From positions 960,001 through 1,024,000 of the forward strand of contig CAVRCF010000005.1 of the NCBI GenBank assembly GCA_963719505.1: a stretch of 64,000 nucleotides of DNA. The letters are read 5' to 3'. Shown piece after piece: positions 8,917 through 20,440 of the stretch. This stretch comes from Halobacteriovoraceae bacterium. GTDB lineage: Bacteria > Bdellovibrionota > Bacteriovoracia > Bacteriovoracales > Bacteriovoracaceae. The notes beneath the pieces are model-generated. The model searched no databases, was not told where the DNA came from, and saw only the letters and a program-made list of their open reading frames with translations. Made by a program: the position numbers and the translations under genes. The stretch's first letter is position 1. The number at the start of each line of letters is the position of its first letter.

Positions 8917-11234
8917 ATGCAGAAGAATTTTAAATCACGGATGATTGGAACTGTAACTTTAGTTACAACCCTACTAGCATTAAATCCCGATGCTCTAGCT
9001 CAGTTTGATAAGTTCAAATCAAAACCAAACTATAAACCTGGCTCAGTTCAAAACCAAAATGCTGGTGCAAATAATTTTACTGGTGCCAACACTCAAAGTA
9101 CTCAAGATAAAGAAACCTTCGGAAATAGAGTGACAGGGAATACGACTAAGAAAGACTCAAAATACGTAAATCTAAATCCTGAAACTGCTTTTGGCCCAGA
9201 AATCATTACAAGCTTCGATTTTCCGGATACAGACATAATGGATATGACACGTCATATGCAAAAATTAACTGGAATTAATTTAATTCTCGACAAAGATGTT
9301 AAAGGTAAGGTTTCAATCACTGCCCCGACTCCCATAACTGTTGGTGATGCTTGGAAGGCTTACCTTGCAGCATTGAATATGGCCGGTTACACATTAGTTA
9401 AATCTGGTGCTTTTTATAAGATTATTAATGCAAGAGATGTAAGGTACGTCCCGACAAAAATTTATACTGGTACCTATACCCCTGATACTGAATCTCATAT
9501 GATGAAGGTTCTTTCCTTAAAAAATGTCGATGCTGCAGAAATTTCGAGAAACTTTAGACCTTTCATGAGTCGTTACGGAAGAATCATCGATATCAAGCAA
9601 ACAAACACAGTTATCATCTCAGACACAGGATCAAATATTCAAAGACTAGAGAGGCTCATAAAGTTTCTAGATGTTCCAGGGTATGACGAGTCTCTTCAAA
9701 TCATACCTGTAAGAAATACATCCGCTCAGGAAATTGCAAAACTTTTAGATGAAATTTTAAAAGGAGACTCTGGTCCATCTCGTACGACTTCAAGACGTTC
9801 AAGCACAGCTTCATCTTCTCGTTTCTCAAGTGGTGGGTCAGGAAGTGACGGAAAGAATATTTCCAAAATTATAGCTGAACCAAGAACCAACTCTATTATT
9901 GCGATGGCAAATGCAGAGGGAGCGAGAGAGCTTAGAGAACTTATAACAAAGTTAGATACTCAAATAGTCTCAACAAATTCAGATAAAATTCATGTCCATT
10001 ATTTAAACTATGGAAACGCTGAAGAATTATCTAAGACTCTCTCATCTCTTGTTTCGGGATCTGCCTCATCGGGGTCAAACTCAACAGGACCAGGAGCTAG
10101 AAGTTTTGTTCCTGCAAGAGATGGAAGTACACTTTTTAACGGAGAAGTTAAAATCACCGCAGATAAAAATAATAATGCACTCGTTGTTACGGCCTCTCCT
10201 ACTGACTGGTTAACTATGAAAAGTGTTATTTCAAAACTTGATATTCCAAGAGACCAAGTTTACGTTGAAGGAATGATTCTTGAGACAAACCTCACAAAAG
10301 TTAGAGCTTTTGGAATTGAGTATCCTTGGAGCTTATGGAAGTGGAAATGCTCAAAGAGGTGGATTTACAAATGGTGGCGGTTTAACAGACCTTTTAACAG
10401 GAAATCCGACAAATCAAGTGGATTCTTTGTTGGTGGTGGTGGCGGAGGCACAGTTGAGCTTCCTAACCCAGCTGGTGGAGATCCACTGAGAGTCAATTCA
10501 GTAAACGGACTTATTAGAGCAATGCTCAAGTAACTCTACAAATGTTCTCGCTACTCCACAAATTTTAGTGATGGATAATACTGATGCTGAGTTTGAAGTT
10601 GGTTCAACAGTTCCTATCGTTAACCAAGTCACAAATGCAAACGGGACAACATCATCAAATACAACAAATCAAGAGGCTAAACTTAGTTTAAAAATTACTC
10701 CTCAAATTAATAAAGTGACAAGATTTGTAAAACTTAAAATTAATCAATCTATTAATGACTTTACCGGTGAGGCTGAAGCTGGAGGCCAATGGTAGACCAA
10801 CTACATTAGGTCAGCTATCACTGAAGTTATGGTCAGAGATAAGAGACACAATTGCGATGGGTGGACTCTTACGAGACAAGGAACAACTGTCACTCAATAA
10901 GATTCCTCTTCTTGGGGATATTCCAGTTCTTGGGTGGCTCTTTAAAAACAAAGGAAAAGATATTGAAAAAGTTAATCTTCTTATGTTTATGACACCGTCA
11001 ATAATTTCTCCTTACGAAACTCAAGCAAGTCTTGTCACTGAGACAGCTGTTAGAAGAAAGCGCGTAAAGCGATAAAAGACGAGATGGTCGGTGATGACAA
11101 GGTTCCTTTTGCACAAAACTTTTGATGAAGTTGAAGAAAAAATAAGAAACCAAAAAAGTGGTGCTCTATACGACACAACGATGGACAACGAATTCATGAA
11201 AACAAATGATAGTGATGGAATCGGTGCGAAGTGA
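8917..11234 (+). pseudogene. gspD: Type II secretion secretin GspD; intact to about 10323, then multiple frameshifts (likely sequence errors); end approximate
   Basis: N domains (FDFPDTDI, PRTNSII, DIPRDQVYVEGMILE); secretin motifs LATPQILVMDN, LKITPQIN and KIPLLGDIPVLGWLFK in shifted frames. Confidence 0.85.
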
Positions 11235-11259
11235 AATAGAATAAAAAGGATGCATAAAA

Positions 11260-13012
11260 ATGCGTATCTCTGATCACATATTTGAAAAAGTTGAAACAAA
11301 TAAGAAAAAAATTGGTGAACTTCTCATAGAACATACATCTCTTACTCACGAGCAGCTAGAAGAAGCCTCTAGAGCTCCAAAAGCATGAGAAAAAGTTATT
11401 GGGAGAGATTCTTCTTTCCAAAAACTTTATTCATCCTCATGAGATTATAAAAGTTATTTGTCATCAGGTAAACATCCCCTATCTCAATGATATTAAAGGT
11501 TGATGAGATTGATCCAAACCTTGTCAAAGATATCTCAATCAATTACGCTAAACATCATGAAGTTCTTCCCATTCTTGAGACATGAGTCGACTCTGTGACA
11601 CTTGCTATGAGTGATCCATTTGACTTTAATGCTATCAATGACCTCACTGGAATTTTTAAAAAAGAAAGTTCATATTGTTGTTACGACTCCTCTAAAGATT
11701 CAAGATGCAATTAACAGAATCTATGAAAAAGCTAATCAAAACATGGTTGACTCGTATTGAAGATGAATTTGAAGAAAATCTTGATCTCGATGGACCGATA
11801 GATATTCTTGATGCATCAGCAGATGAAGCTCCTGTTATTCGTTTTGTGAACTCTATTATTTTTCGTGCCGTCAAAGAGAGAGCATCTGATATTCATATTG
11901 AGCCTTATGAAAAAGAAGTTGTTTACCGCTTTAGAATTAATCGAGTTATGACAGAAATCCTAAGACAGCCAAAAAAGACACATGCGGCTGTTCTTCGAGA
12001 ATAAAAGTTATGGCAAAACTTGATATTGCAGAAAAAAGACTTCCTCAAGATGGAAGAATTAAAATTAAAATTGCCGGTAAAGATATCGATATTCGTTTAA
12101 GTACAGTTCCTGTTCAAAATGGTGAAAGAATTGTTATGAGGGTTCTTGAAAAGACAAATACTGTTCTCGAGCTCGAAGTCCCTGGGCTTTCAAGGGAAAG
12201 TTCTTCAAAGGACTGAAAGAACTATCGACAAAGAAAAACGGAGTTCTCTACGTAACCGGACCAACTGGTCATGGTAAGACGACGACCCTCTTTGCTATCC
12301 TCGATAGAATGAATACGCCAGATCGAATGATTATCACAGTAGAAGATCCAGTGGAGTATGAACTGCACGGTATTTCTCAAATTCAAGTTAATTCAAAAAT
12401 TGATTTATCTTTTGCCATGGCACTTAAGATCAATATTAAGACAAAACCCTGATGTTGTTATGGTTGGGGAGACAAGAGATCAAGAGACTGCTGAGATGGC
12501 GATTCAAGCCTCGTTTGACAGGTCACTTTGTTCTCTCTACCCTTCACACTAACGATGCCTCCAGCTGCACCAACACGACTTATTGATATGGGAGTTCAAC
12601 CCTTCTTAATTTCATCTTCTCTTGTTGGAGTTTTAGCACAAAGACTTGTTAGAACGCTATGTGTAGAGTGTAAGAGAGCCAACAACACTTATCAGATTAT
12701 GAAATGCAAATGCTTGATATTGAAAGCGTACCAGATGAGGCCATATTTGTAAAGCCTGTTGGATGTGATAAATGTAATATGACTGGATATGGTGGAATGA
12801 CTGTTGTAGCTGAGCTTCTTCTCATTACAGATCGAATTAGGCCATCTGATTATTCATAAGGCTGATACTTCTACTATTAAAAAAGCTGCAATGAAAGAAG
12901 GTATGGTCACTCTTGCTGATGGATGCCATGAGAAAATTTTTAGAGGAATTACTTCTGTTGAGGAAGTTCTAAGGGCCATTATTTCAGAAGCGGATGAACG
13001 AAGAAAGGATAA
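11260..13012 (+). pseudogene. gspE: Type II secretion ATPase GspE with N-terminal MshEN-like motifs; multiple frameshifts
   Basis: [24 protein letters not shown], Walker A VTGPTGHGKTT (about 12252-12287), [15 protein letters not shown] and [10 protein letters not shown] spread across frames. Confidence 0.88.
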
Positions 13013-13013
13013 G

Positions 13014-14235
13014 ATGCCTATTTATCAATATAAAGGAATTAGACAAAACTGGAAAGGAAATTAAAGCTGTAGTTACCGCTGAGAGCGATCATCCAAGCAA
13101 AACAATAAAATAAAGCTCTCCGGAGTTATGCTCATAGATATCAAAGAGAAAAAATCTAAGAGTGGTGGTCAAGTTCTGGCATTAGCTTTTGGTACAAAAG
13201 TAAAAGTTGCATGACCTTGCAATGATGACAAGACAGCTAGCAACTTTAGTTAGAGCAAAAATTCAAATCGTTGAAGTCCCTAGCCGCTCTTCAAGACCAA
13301 GTAGATAATGATTACTTAAGAGTCGTTCTCTCAGAGGTAAAGCAAGATGTAAATGAAGGAGCAAGTTTAGCCAAGGCTACTTGCGAAGCATCAAAAAGGT
13401 CTTTAATAATGTTTATATAAATATGGTTGAAGCCGGTGAAGAATCAGGAAATCTTAGAAGTTGTTCTTTTAAGACTCGCTGACTTTACTGAAGCACAAGT
13501 GAAATTACAAACATAAAATTAAAGGTGCAATGATGTATCCAATCATTATGATAGTAGTCGGAACTGTGCTCATGAGTGGTATTTTTATTTTCGTTATTCC
13601 AAAACTCGCAAAAATTTTTACCTCTAGAAAAATGGAACTCCCAATCCCTACTAAAATTTGTATCATTATTTCTAACTTTTTGCGAAATTACTGGTGTATC
13701 CTTTTAATCGGACTCGTTGTCGGATTTTTTGGCTATTTAGAAAGTAAATTTCTACAAGAAAAGGTGAACGACACTGGCATGCATTTTTACTTAAAGCTCC
13801 AATTCTTGGAACGATAGTAAAGATGGTTAATGTCAGCACGATTTTGCTCCACACTTGCCACTCTGATGAATTCTGGTGTTCCGATTTTAACGGCTTTGAA
13901 AATTGTGAAAAATTTAATTCCCAATGTTCATATGAAAGATGCTGTCGAAGGAGCAAGTAATGCTGTTTCAAGAAGGTAAAAATATGGCCATCCCACTTAA
14001 AGAAAGTGGACACTTTCCAAATATGGTGACGCATATGATTACCCTAGGTGAACGCTCAGGTGAATTAGAAAATATGCTTGGCATCATCGCTGAAAACTAT
14101 GAAGAACAAGTCGATGCGAAGATTGGAGGACTCACCTCAACACTTGAACCCATTATGATTGTAGGCCTCGGTATTGCGGTTTGTTTTATCGTTTTTTCTG
14201 TTATAATGCCAATGATGAAATTAAATCAAGTTTAG
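13014..14235 (+). pseudogene. gspF: Type II secretion inner-membrane protein GspF; multiple frameshifts
   Basis: MPIYQYKG start, NMVEAGEESG, AMMYPII and GERSGELENML...LEPIMI fragments. Confidence 0.88.
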
Positions 14236-14257
14236 ATAATCACTTAAGGAGTAAATA

Positions 14258-14713
14258 ATGTACAAATCTAGAGCAGTTTCTCTCGTACTTAAATCGCAAA
14301 AAGGTATGAGTTTAGTTGAGATTCTAATTGCGCTTACACTACTTGCTGTTGCTGGTACTTTTGTTGTAGGTCAGGTTTTTCAAAACTTAAATGAAGGCCA
14401 GATCCAGTCAACAAAAATTCAGATACAATCTTTTGGAAAAATCCTAAAAGAATACAGAAGAAAATGTGGACGCTACCCAACGACAGAACAAGGACTCGAA
14501 GCCCTTATCGCTGCGCCTACTGCTGGTACTCTTTGTAAAAGATATCCACCAAATGGATTTATTGATGCCAATAACATCCCTAAAGATCCATGGGATATGG
14601 ATTTTATTTATGAGTCTGATGGAAGAAATTATGAAATCATCTCAACAGGTGCTGACCAACTTGAAGGTGGCGAAGAAGAGTTTGATAAAGATATATCAAG
14701 CAAGGATCTTTAA
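14258..14713 (+). CDS. gspG: Major pseudopilin GspG
   Basis: Prepilin site KG|MSLVEILIAL; YPTTEQGLEAL and PKDPW motifs. Confidence 0.93.
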   Translation: MYKSRAVSLVLKSQKGMSLVEILIALTLLAVAGTFVVGQVFQNLNEGQIQSTKIQIQSFGKILKEYRRKCGRYPTTEQGLEALIAAPTAGTLCKRYPPNGFIDANNIPKDPWDMDFIYESDGRNYEIISTGADQLEGGEEEFDKDISSKDL

Positions 14714-15402
14714 TAATAAACACTACATTAAAAAGAATTTTAAAAAGCCATCAAGGTTTCACATTAGTTGAAGTTTTGGTGGCTTTAGTTTTAGTCGTTA
14801 CCATCTTTAGTCTTATTCCATCTGGAAGCTTTAGTGGTAATAGTCAAAAGCTACAAGAATCAGTGACAAATATTGAAAGAGCTGTGCGTTTTTCTGTCGA
14901 CGAGGCAATCTTAAGAAATGCGATGACAAGAATTCTCATTGATCTAGATGGTGAACAGATCTCTTACTCTGTAGAGTATGGACCCAGCTCTGGACTCGTC
15001 CTCCCTGAGGTTTTAGATGAAAGCAAACTTTCGATATCAGAGAAAGAAAACCAAGAGAAGGTCCTCAAAGGTATCAATTCACAATTTAAAAAAGTATCTG
15101 AGTTTTCAGAAGAAGATAAAAAATTTCCTGAAGGGATAAGAGTATCAGGCTTAGCGAGTTCTTATCTACCTAATATTAAAATGAATGGAAAAGTGGCGAT
15201 TTACTTCTACCCCACTGGAGAGAGAGATAATGCAATCGTCTTTTTCACATCAGAGGACCAAATGATCGCTCTAGATATTCCACCTTTTGAAGACACGACC
15301 CGAAAAACATATTATACTTTTACTGAGTCTGATAAAGTCAATTTTGATGATACTGTAGACGTTAAAATGAGGGAGATGTTTGAGACGTGGTTAAAAGAAT
15401 AA
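14713..15402 (+). CDS. gspH: Minor pseudopilin GspH-like (start uncertain; prepilin leader lies upstream of the called TTG 14776)
   Basis: In-frame QG|FTLVEVLVAL at 14752-14787; position between gspG and gspI. Confidence 0.7.
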   Translation: MINTTLKRILKSHQGFTLVEVLVALVLVVTIFSLIPSGSFSGNSQKLQESVTNIERAVRFSVDEAILRNAMTRILIDLDGEQISYSVEYGPSSGLVLPEVLDESKLSISEKENQEKVLKGINSQFKKVSEFSEEDKKFPEGIRVSGLASSYLPNIKMNGKVAIYFYPTGERDNAIVFFTSEDQMIALDIPPFEDTTRKTYYTFTESDKVNFDDTVDVKMREMFETWLKE

Positions 15403-15929
15403 GCTCTATATTCAACAACGAACAAGGGTTCACTTTACTTGAGGTTTTGATTGCTTTAAGTCTCTTTGCTGTCTTCACAACAGTTTTTATTCTCTCTCAA
15501 GCGACAAACCTAAATAACTCATCTCTCATGACAGAAGATGTGACTCTTCATAATCTTGCTGAGATGAAAATGAATGAGATTCAGCTAAACCCTCCTCGAT
15601 TTACAAACGCCACAGAAAATGAAAAAGAAACAAAAGCTTTCGATATTGAGGGATATAAAAAATATAAATACACTATTGAGTATAAAAAATTAGAGATCCC
15701 TAATCTAAATGAACTCACGGGAAAAGAAGAAGGCGAAGACAATCCCAATGAAGATTCAAGAAACAAAGCGATACAAAAAATGGTTTTTGAAAAGTTAAAA
15801 GAAAATATGGAGAGAATGATTTGGCAAGTGAGAGTTACAATAACCAACACCGAGACTGATTATGCCTACGAGATAACTTCATGGATGACAAATAACGAAG
15901 CCAAGATAGATACACAGTTTGGATTTTGA
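15387..15929 (+). CDS. gspI: Minor pseudopilin GspI-like
   Basis: QG|FTLLEVLIAL prepilin motif; operon position. Confidence 0.75.
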   Translation: MVKRISSIFNNEQGFTLLEVLIALSLFAVFTTVFILSQATNLNNSSLMTEDVTLHNLAEMKMNEIQLNPPRFTNATENEKETKAFDIEGYKKYKYTIEYKKLEIPNLNELTGKEEGEDNPNEDSRNKAIQKMVFEKLKENMERMIWQVRVTITNTETDYAYEITSWMTNNEAKIDTQFGF

Positions 15930-16821
15930 TTTGAAAAATAATGAAAAAGGTTTCACATTACTAGAGGTTATGATTGCAATTGCTCTTTTGTCATTTGTTG
16001 TCATCGCTATAGTTCAAATCACCGGTGGTGCACAAGACACAGTCGATAGAACACTGCTTGAAGACAAAGAATTACTACAGGTTGAAACAGCTTTTGCAAG
16101 GTTTGAATGGGACTTTTCCCAGATCTACTCCCCCTTATATTTTTCTCATGAGATGAGAAAACAAGCTGATGACTCAGAGGAAGCTCTACTTGCCTTTGAT
16201 AGACTATTAGAGCCATATCAAGGGAGACCAAACTTTGACTCTTTAAGCTATGATGGCTACCCCATTCCTAGATTTACCTTTGAAGATAAAAATGAAATTA
16301 CATTTTTCACCACCTCTAATCGCAGAAAGATGAAAAATATTAAACAGTCTCACTTTGCTTGGGTTAGATACCTTCTTGAGACTGATCGCGAAACTGATGA
16401 AGAAGAAAATGCAGACGGAACTAAAACAATCAGGGCAAAGGGTATTTGGGTTCGAAAGGTTTTTACTGAAGATGCATTCACGAATGAACAGATCGATTGG
16501 TCAAATGTAAAATCCCAAGTCCTACTCAGAAATGTTGAAAAGATCTCCTTTGAGTTTTGGGACTTTGAAAATAGAAAATGGGTTGACAATATTAGGCTCA
16601 TTAAGGATGGCGATAAGCTTTTTAGAGGAGTGAGAATAACTCTAGTCTGGATGTCATTTGACAATATAGAGCAGACATTTGTGAGAACCTTTAGACCTCT
16701 TTACCCTCACTTTATACCAGAGGATCTCTACAAGTTATCAAACGGTGCCGTCAATAAGCCAATTGATCCCAATTCGGATCTTGAGAATGATCCCAATGAA
16801 GGTGACGATGATGAAGAGTAA
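15919..16821 (+). CDS. gspJ: Minor pseudopilin GspJ-like
   Basis: KG|FTLLEVMIAIAL prepilin motif; operon position. Confidence 0.75.
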   Translation: MDFDLKNNEKGFTLLEVMIAIALLSFVVIAIVQITGGAQDTVDRTLLEDKELLQVETAFARFEWDFSQIYSPLYFSHEMRKQADDSEEALLAFDRLLEPYQGRPNFDSLSYDGYPIPRFTFEDKNEITFFTTSNRRKMKNIKQSHFAWVRYLLETDRETDEEENADGTKTIRAKGIWVRKVFTEDAFTNEQIDWSNVKSQVLLRNVEKISFEFWDFENRKWVDNIRLIKDGDKLFRGVRITLVWMSFDNIEQTFVRTFRPLYPHFIPEDLYKLSNGAVNKPIDPNSDLENDPNEGDDDEE

Positions 16822-18166
16822 AAAGACAGACCTTCAAATACTTTTAAAAAATGATTCTGGTGTGGCCATTATCATGGTTTTATCTGCGATCGTACTTTTA
16901 ACAACAATCATGATGAACTTTAGCTTCGACTCCAATATCAATAGAATAAAGGCTTATAATATTGAAAACAAAGGTCAGGCAAAGCTTACAGCTGAAAGTG
17001 GTCTTCAGTTTGCGATGGTTCGTCTAAGACTTTACCAAGAGGCCTTTAACTACCTAGAGAATAATAAAGCTGCGAAAGACTTTGCCACTCCGGAGGTTCT
17101 CAATAGCATTTGGAATTTTCCTTTTGTTTATCCCATTCCTATAACCAATAAAATGAATGCTATTCAAAAAGATTCAATTAATAAGTTTACTGAAAATACT
17201 TTTCTTCAAGGAGAACTAAACCTTGTTATCAACAACCTTTCTCAAAAAATAAATTTGAATCTCCTTAGAGTTTCCCTACTGGCGCAAGCTGTGAAAGCAA
17301 ATGAAGAGAACAACGTTGAGCCCGACGAGGATGAAGTTCAAAAAGATGCTGATTACAATGTTGAAAATCAGGTTATCCGAACACTAAAATTTTCTATTGA
17401 AAGAGAAAGTATAAACGATGAAATCTTTTCCGGAAAATATTTTGGATTAGACCCTATCATTTTGGTCAATCAGTTAAAAGTATATCTGAGTGACCCAAAC
17501 TCTTTGCAAGATGATGGCGGTGCGAGTTCAGAGTTTGAAAAGATTGGACTGACCTTGAAAAGAGCACCGATTGCTTCTTTTAGCGAACTTTACACGATGC
17601 CTGGCTGGGATGATGATCTCGTGGATTTAATCAAAGGAGAATTTACGGTCTATGGCGCCCTAATGGTGGACCTAAATAAAATTACCGATAAGATGCTTAG
17701 ACTCCTTATCCCCAGTATTACTGACCAAGAAGTTAAAGAATTTTTTGAGTATAGAGATGATCCAGAGGACCCCAAGTTTTTTAATAAATCAGAGGATTTT
17801 AAAAGGTATATTGTTGATATAGGAACAGTGTTAGATTCTGAAGAGTACGATAAACGTATGGCAAAATTCGAAGCTCAGGGCCTTCGCTTTGGACCAACTC
17901 CTTCCCTTTTTCAGGTAAAGTCTGTGGGAAAGAAAGACAGAGCAACATACACTATTACCGCCTATGTTAGCATACCGGCCAAACCAATACCAAAGCCCAA
18001 AAAGCCTTTAAACCCTGGAGAGAGTGAAGAACCTCGTGACGGAATTGACCCTGATGACCAAACACCGGTAGCACCGACACAACCCACGAATCCAAACCCT
18101 AACAACGAAGAAGAGCAAAAGACTCAACTTTTAGTCCCGCGAATACTAGAGATCTTTATAAGTTAA
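16808..18166 (+). CDS. gspK: Minor pseudopilin GspK
   Basis: SG|VAIIMVL (no E5, typical of GspK); KINLNLL, SELYTMPG and VDLN motifs. Confidence 0.85.
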   Translation: MMKSKKTDLQILLKNDSGVAIIMVLSAIVLLTTIMMNFSFDSNINRIKAYNIENKGQAKLTAESGLQFAMVRLRLYQEAFNYLENNKAAKDFATPEVLNSIWNFPFVYPIPITNKMNAIQKDSINKFTENTFLQGELNLVINNLSQKINLNLLRVSLLAQAVKANEENNVEPDEDEVQKDADYNVENQVIRTLKFSIERESINDEIFSGKYFGLDPIILVNQLKVYLSDPNSLQDDGGASSEFEKIGLTLKRAPIASFSELYTMPGWDDDLVDLIKGEFTVYGALMVDLNKITDKMLRLLIPSITDQEVKEFFEYRDDPEDPKFFNKSEDFKRYIVDIGTVLDSEEYDKRMAKFEAQGLRFGPTPSLFQVKSVGKKDRATYTITAYVSIPAKPIPKPKKPLNPGESEEPRDGIDPDDQTPVAPTQPTNPNPNNEEEQKTQLLVPRILEIFIS

Positions 18167-18213
18167 TTGCTTTTTTTCTCGTATTTTCATCTATAAATCC
18201 CTAAGATATTAGT

Positions 18214-19809
18214 ATGTTAAATATTGCTATAAATATTGGAAGTTACTCGATAAAGTTTTTAACTTTTAAGACTGACCGCAAGAAAATTTCTTACTTATCT
18301 TCCGAAGAAGTCATTTTAGATTCCGATGAATTTAATATCATGGAAGAAGATATCGTTCTAGACCTGCAGATGAAAGTTATCTCAGATTTTGTCAGCAAGA
18401 TCGATAAAGAAGTAAAGATTATTTTAAATACAAGCAATGAAATGATTACAGAGCGCTTCATTAACTTGCCCTTAAAAAATAAAAAGAAAGCAACTCTTAT
18501 GCTTCCTTTTCAATTGGAAGAGGATATTCCTTACTCATTAAACGAGTGCAAAATTGCCAGCACACTAGAAGTAAATAAAAATGGAAGTCGCGCCCTTGTT
18601 AATATTATTAAACACGAGCACTTAAGACCATTCTTTAATAAAATGAGAGACTACTCCATAGCTCCAAGTGTTCTAACAAGTGAAATTTCTGCGATCGAGG
18701 CATTTGTCAAAGGAACAAAAGAAGTTTTACCCCAGGCATTTTGTATTCTGGATATTGGTCATATTACGACACATGCCTACTTTTTTATGGATGGTGAACT
18801 TAAAACAACTCACACCTCTTACATCGCTGGTTACTCTATCAATGAGATGATTAGTAAATCCTATGACATCTCTCTTGAAGAGGCTTCTATATACAAACAC
18901 CAAAATAGTTTTTTCTTGTCTGAGTCTCAGTATAAAGATGTCGATGAAGGGCAGAGAAATTTTGCAAAACTTATGGATGATACTTTCACTCCTTTAATGA
19001 CGGAGTTTAAACGTTGGCATATTGGTTTTCGCCTCCAGGACGGTCTTTCAATTACCGATATTTTTACAATCGGTGGATCATCAAATATAAAAAATATTTC
19101 AAGTTATATAAGTGAAAAGACTGAAATCAAAGTTGGGAAAATGAATTTCTTTACAGATTCATCCAACGAGAAGATTGATAACGACGACAAACAAAAGAGA
19201 AAGTTTGCACTTGCAAATATGGAAGCTCAAGGACTTGTTAACAAGTCTAAAATAATAAACTTTCTCACCGGTGAATATGCTATTCAGGGCGAAGCGGATA
19301 TCCCTCTCTACTCAATGGCCTTTATCTCGGCTAGAACTATTGCTCTTAGTCTTGTTATTATTTTTGGTTTTGTTATCCAAAGTATTTACCTAAGTTTAAG
19401 CTTAGATTCAGCAGATAAAAAACTTACAGGTCTAGTCAAAAACCCAATCCTCAAACTGAGTCCTAGGCAATCAAGAGGTGTAAGTCGCCAACCAGCTCCT
19501 GTCTTGGCAAAGCTTAAGAGGCAGAAAAAATCGATCGATCAAGAAATAAAAGTAATCCAGTCATCAGTTAAGACGAATGCTCTAGTTTCTCTCGAAAGAC
19601 TCTCGCATCTGACAACAGGCCTGAAGGTTGAAATCATACAGTTCCAATCTACATCCCAAGGTGACTATGTTGCAGTTTTCAAAGGTGAAGAGGATAAAGA
19701 TATAAACGACCTTAAAAATATATTAGAGTCAGCTTCTTTGCTCAATTCGGCCATTGATACAAATCTAGCAAAGAAAATACTGACCCTCAATGCAACTCAA
19801 GGTAATTAA
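18214..19809 (+). CDS. gspL: GspL/PilM-like actin-fold protein with TM and periplasmic tail
   Basis: AINIGSYSIK, LPFQLEEDIP, CILDIGH and IGGSS actin-like motifs; one TM segment. Confidence 0.75.
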   Translation: MLNIAINIGSYSIKFLTFKTDRKKISYLSSEEVILDSDEFNIMEEDIVLDLQMKVISDFVSKIDKEVKIILNTSNEMITERFINLPLKNKKKATLMLPFQLEEDIPYSLNECKIASTLEVNKNGSRALVNIIKHEHLRPFFNKMRDYSIAPSVLTSEISAIEAFVKGTKEVLPQAFCILDIGHITTHAYFFMDGELKTTHTSYIAGYSINEMISKSYDISLEEASIYKHQNSFFLSESQYKDVDEGQRNFAKLMDDTFTPLMTEFKRWHIGFRLQDGLSITDIFTIGGSSNIKNISSYISEKTEIKVGKMNFFTDSSNEKIDNDDKQKRKFALANMEAQGLVNKSKIINFLTGEYAIQGEADIPLYSMAFISARTIALSLVIIFGFVIQSIYLSLSLDSADKKLTGLVKNPILKLSPRQSRGVSRQPAPVLAKLKRQKKSIDQEIKVIQSSVKTNALVSLERLSHLTTGLKVEIIQFQSTSQGDYVAVFKGEEDKDINDLKNILESASLLNSAIDTNLAKKILTLNATQGN

Positions 19810-19810
19810 G

Positions 19811-20440
19811 ATGAAACTTCCAACTCTTATGAAGTCCATTGATACTTTTCTTTTTAAACAAGTCGATAGCCTGATGCAAACGAGTGAGTTTTTAAAAATA
19901 AGTGAAAGCTATTCAAGTCTAGAAGAGAAAGCTCAAGAAGCCACTAAAGTCGTTCTTATGCTTCTAACAATCAGTGTGCCTCTCATTATTATTTTTATTT
20001 TTTATTCTTTCAATAGCTCAAAAGCACAGGAACTTGCGATTAAAGATGAACTCATAAAAACAGCGAACATCCTCATTCAAGAATCTTCTCTTGTCGCAAA
20101 CGAGGAAAGGATGAGTTTAAGTTCAACCTACATAGGTTCTGAGACAGCCCTAATGAGTGCCATAAACTCAAGCCTCTCCCTCATTGCTATTGAAAGTGAA
20201 AAAGTTCAGCTCAGTGGTTATAGTATTGAAGAGTTGGATGGACTGATCACAAAAATAAATGCTGATTTATCCTTTAAAGGACTTACTAGTGAAGGTCTCT
20301 TTGCTCTTTTAAACAGCCTAAACTCAAAATTTAAAATTCGCATGGATGAAGTTACAATTCGTAAAAATGAAGAGTCAAACAGTCTTGATGGAGTAATCGC
20401 GATGAATTATTACAGTAAAGACAATACCCTAGATGAATAA
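19811..20440 (+). CDS. gspM: GspM-like membrane protein
   Basis: One TM segment, coiled coil and ferredoxin-like C-terminus; between gspL and gspN. Confidence 0.55.
   Translation: MKLPTLMKSIDTFLFKQVDSLMQTSEFLKISESYSSLEEKAQEATKVVLMLLTISVPLIIIFIFYSFNSSKAQELAIKDELIKTANILIQESSLVANEERMSLSSTYIGSETALMSAINSSLSLIAIESEKVQLSGYSIEELDGLITKINADLSFKGLTSEGLFALLNSLNSKFKIRMDEVTIRKNEESNSLDGVIAMNYYSKDNTLDE

Noticed and set aside
10010-14034. Many short ORFs in the gspD-F region as separate genes or programmed frameshifts
   Set aside because: They are consecutive fragments of three genes; the indels are too many and lack consistent slippery motifs
17975-18125. Pro-rich low-complexity stretch in gspK as a repeat element
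   Set aside because: In-frame flexible linker with no exact DNA tandem unit
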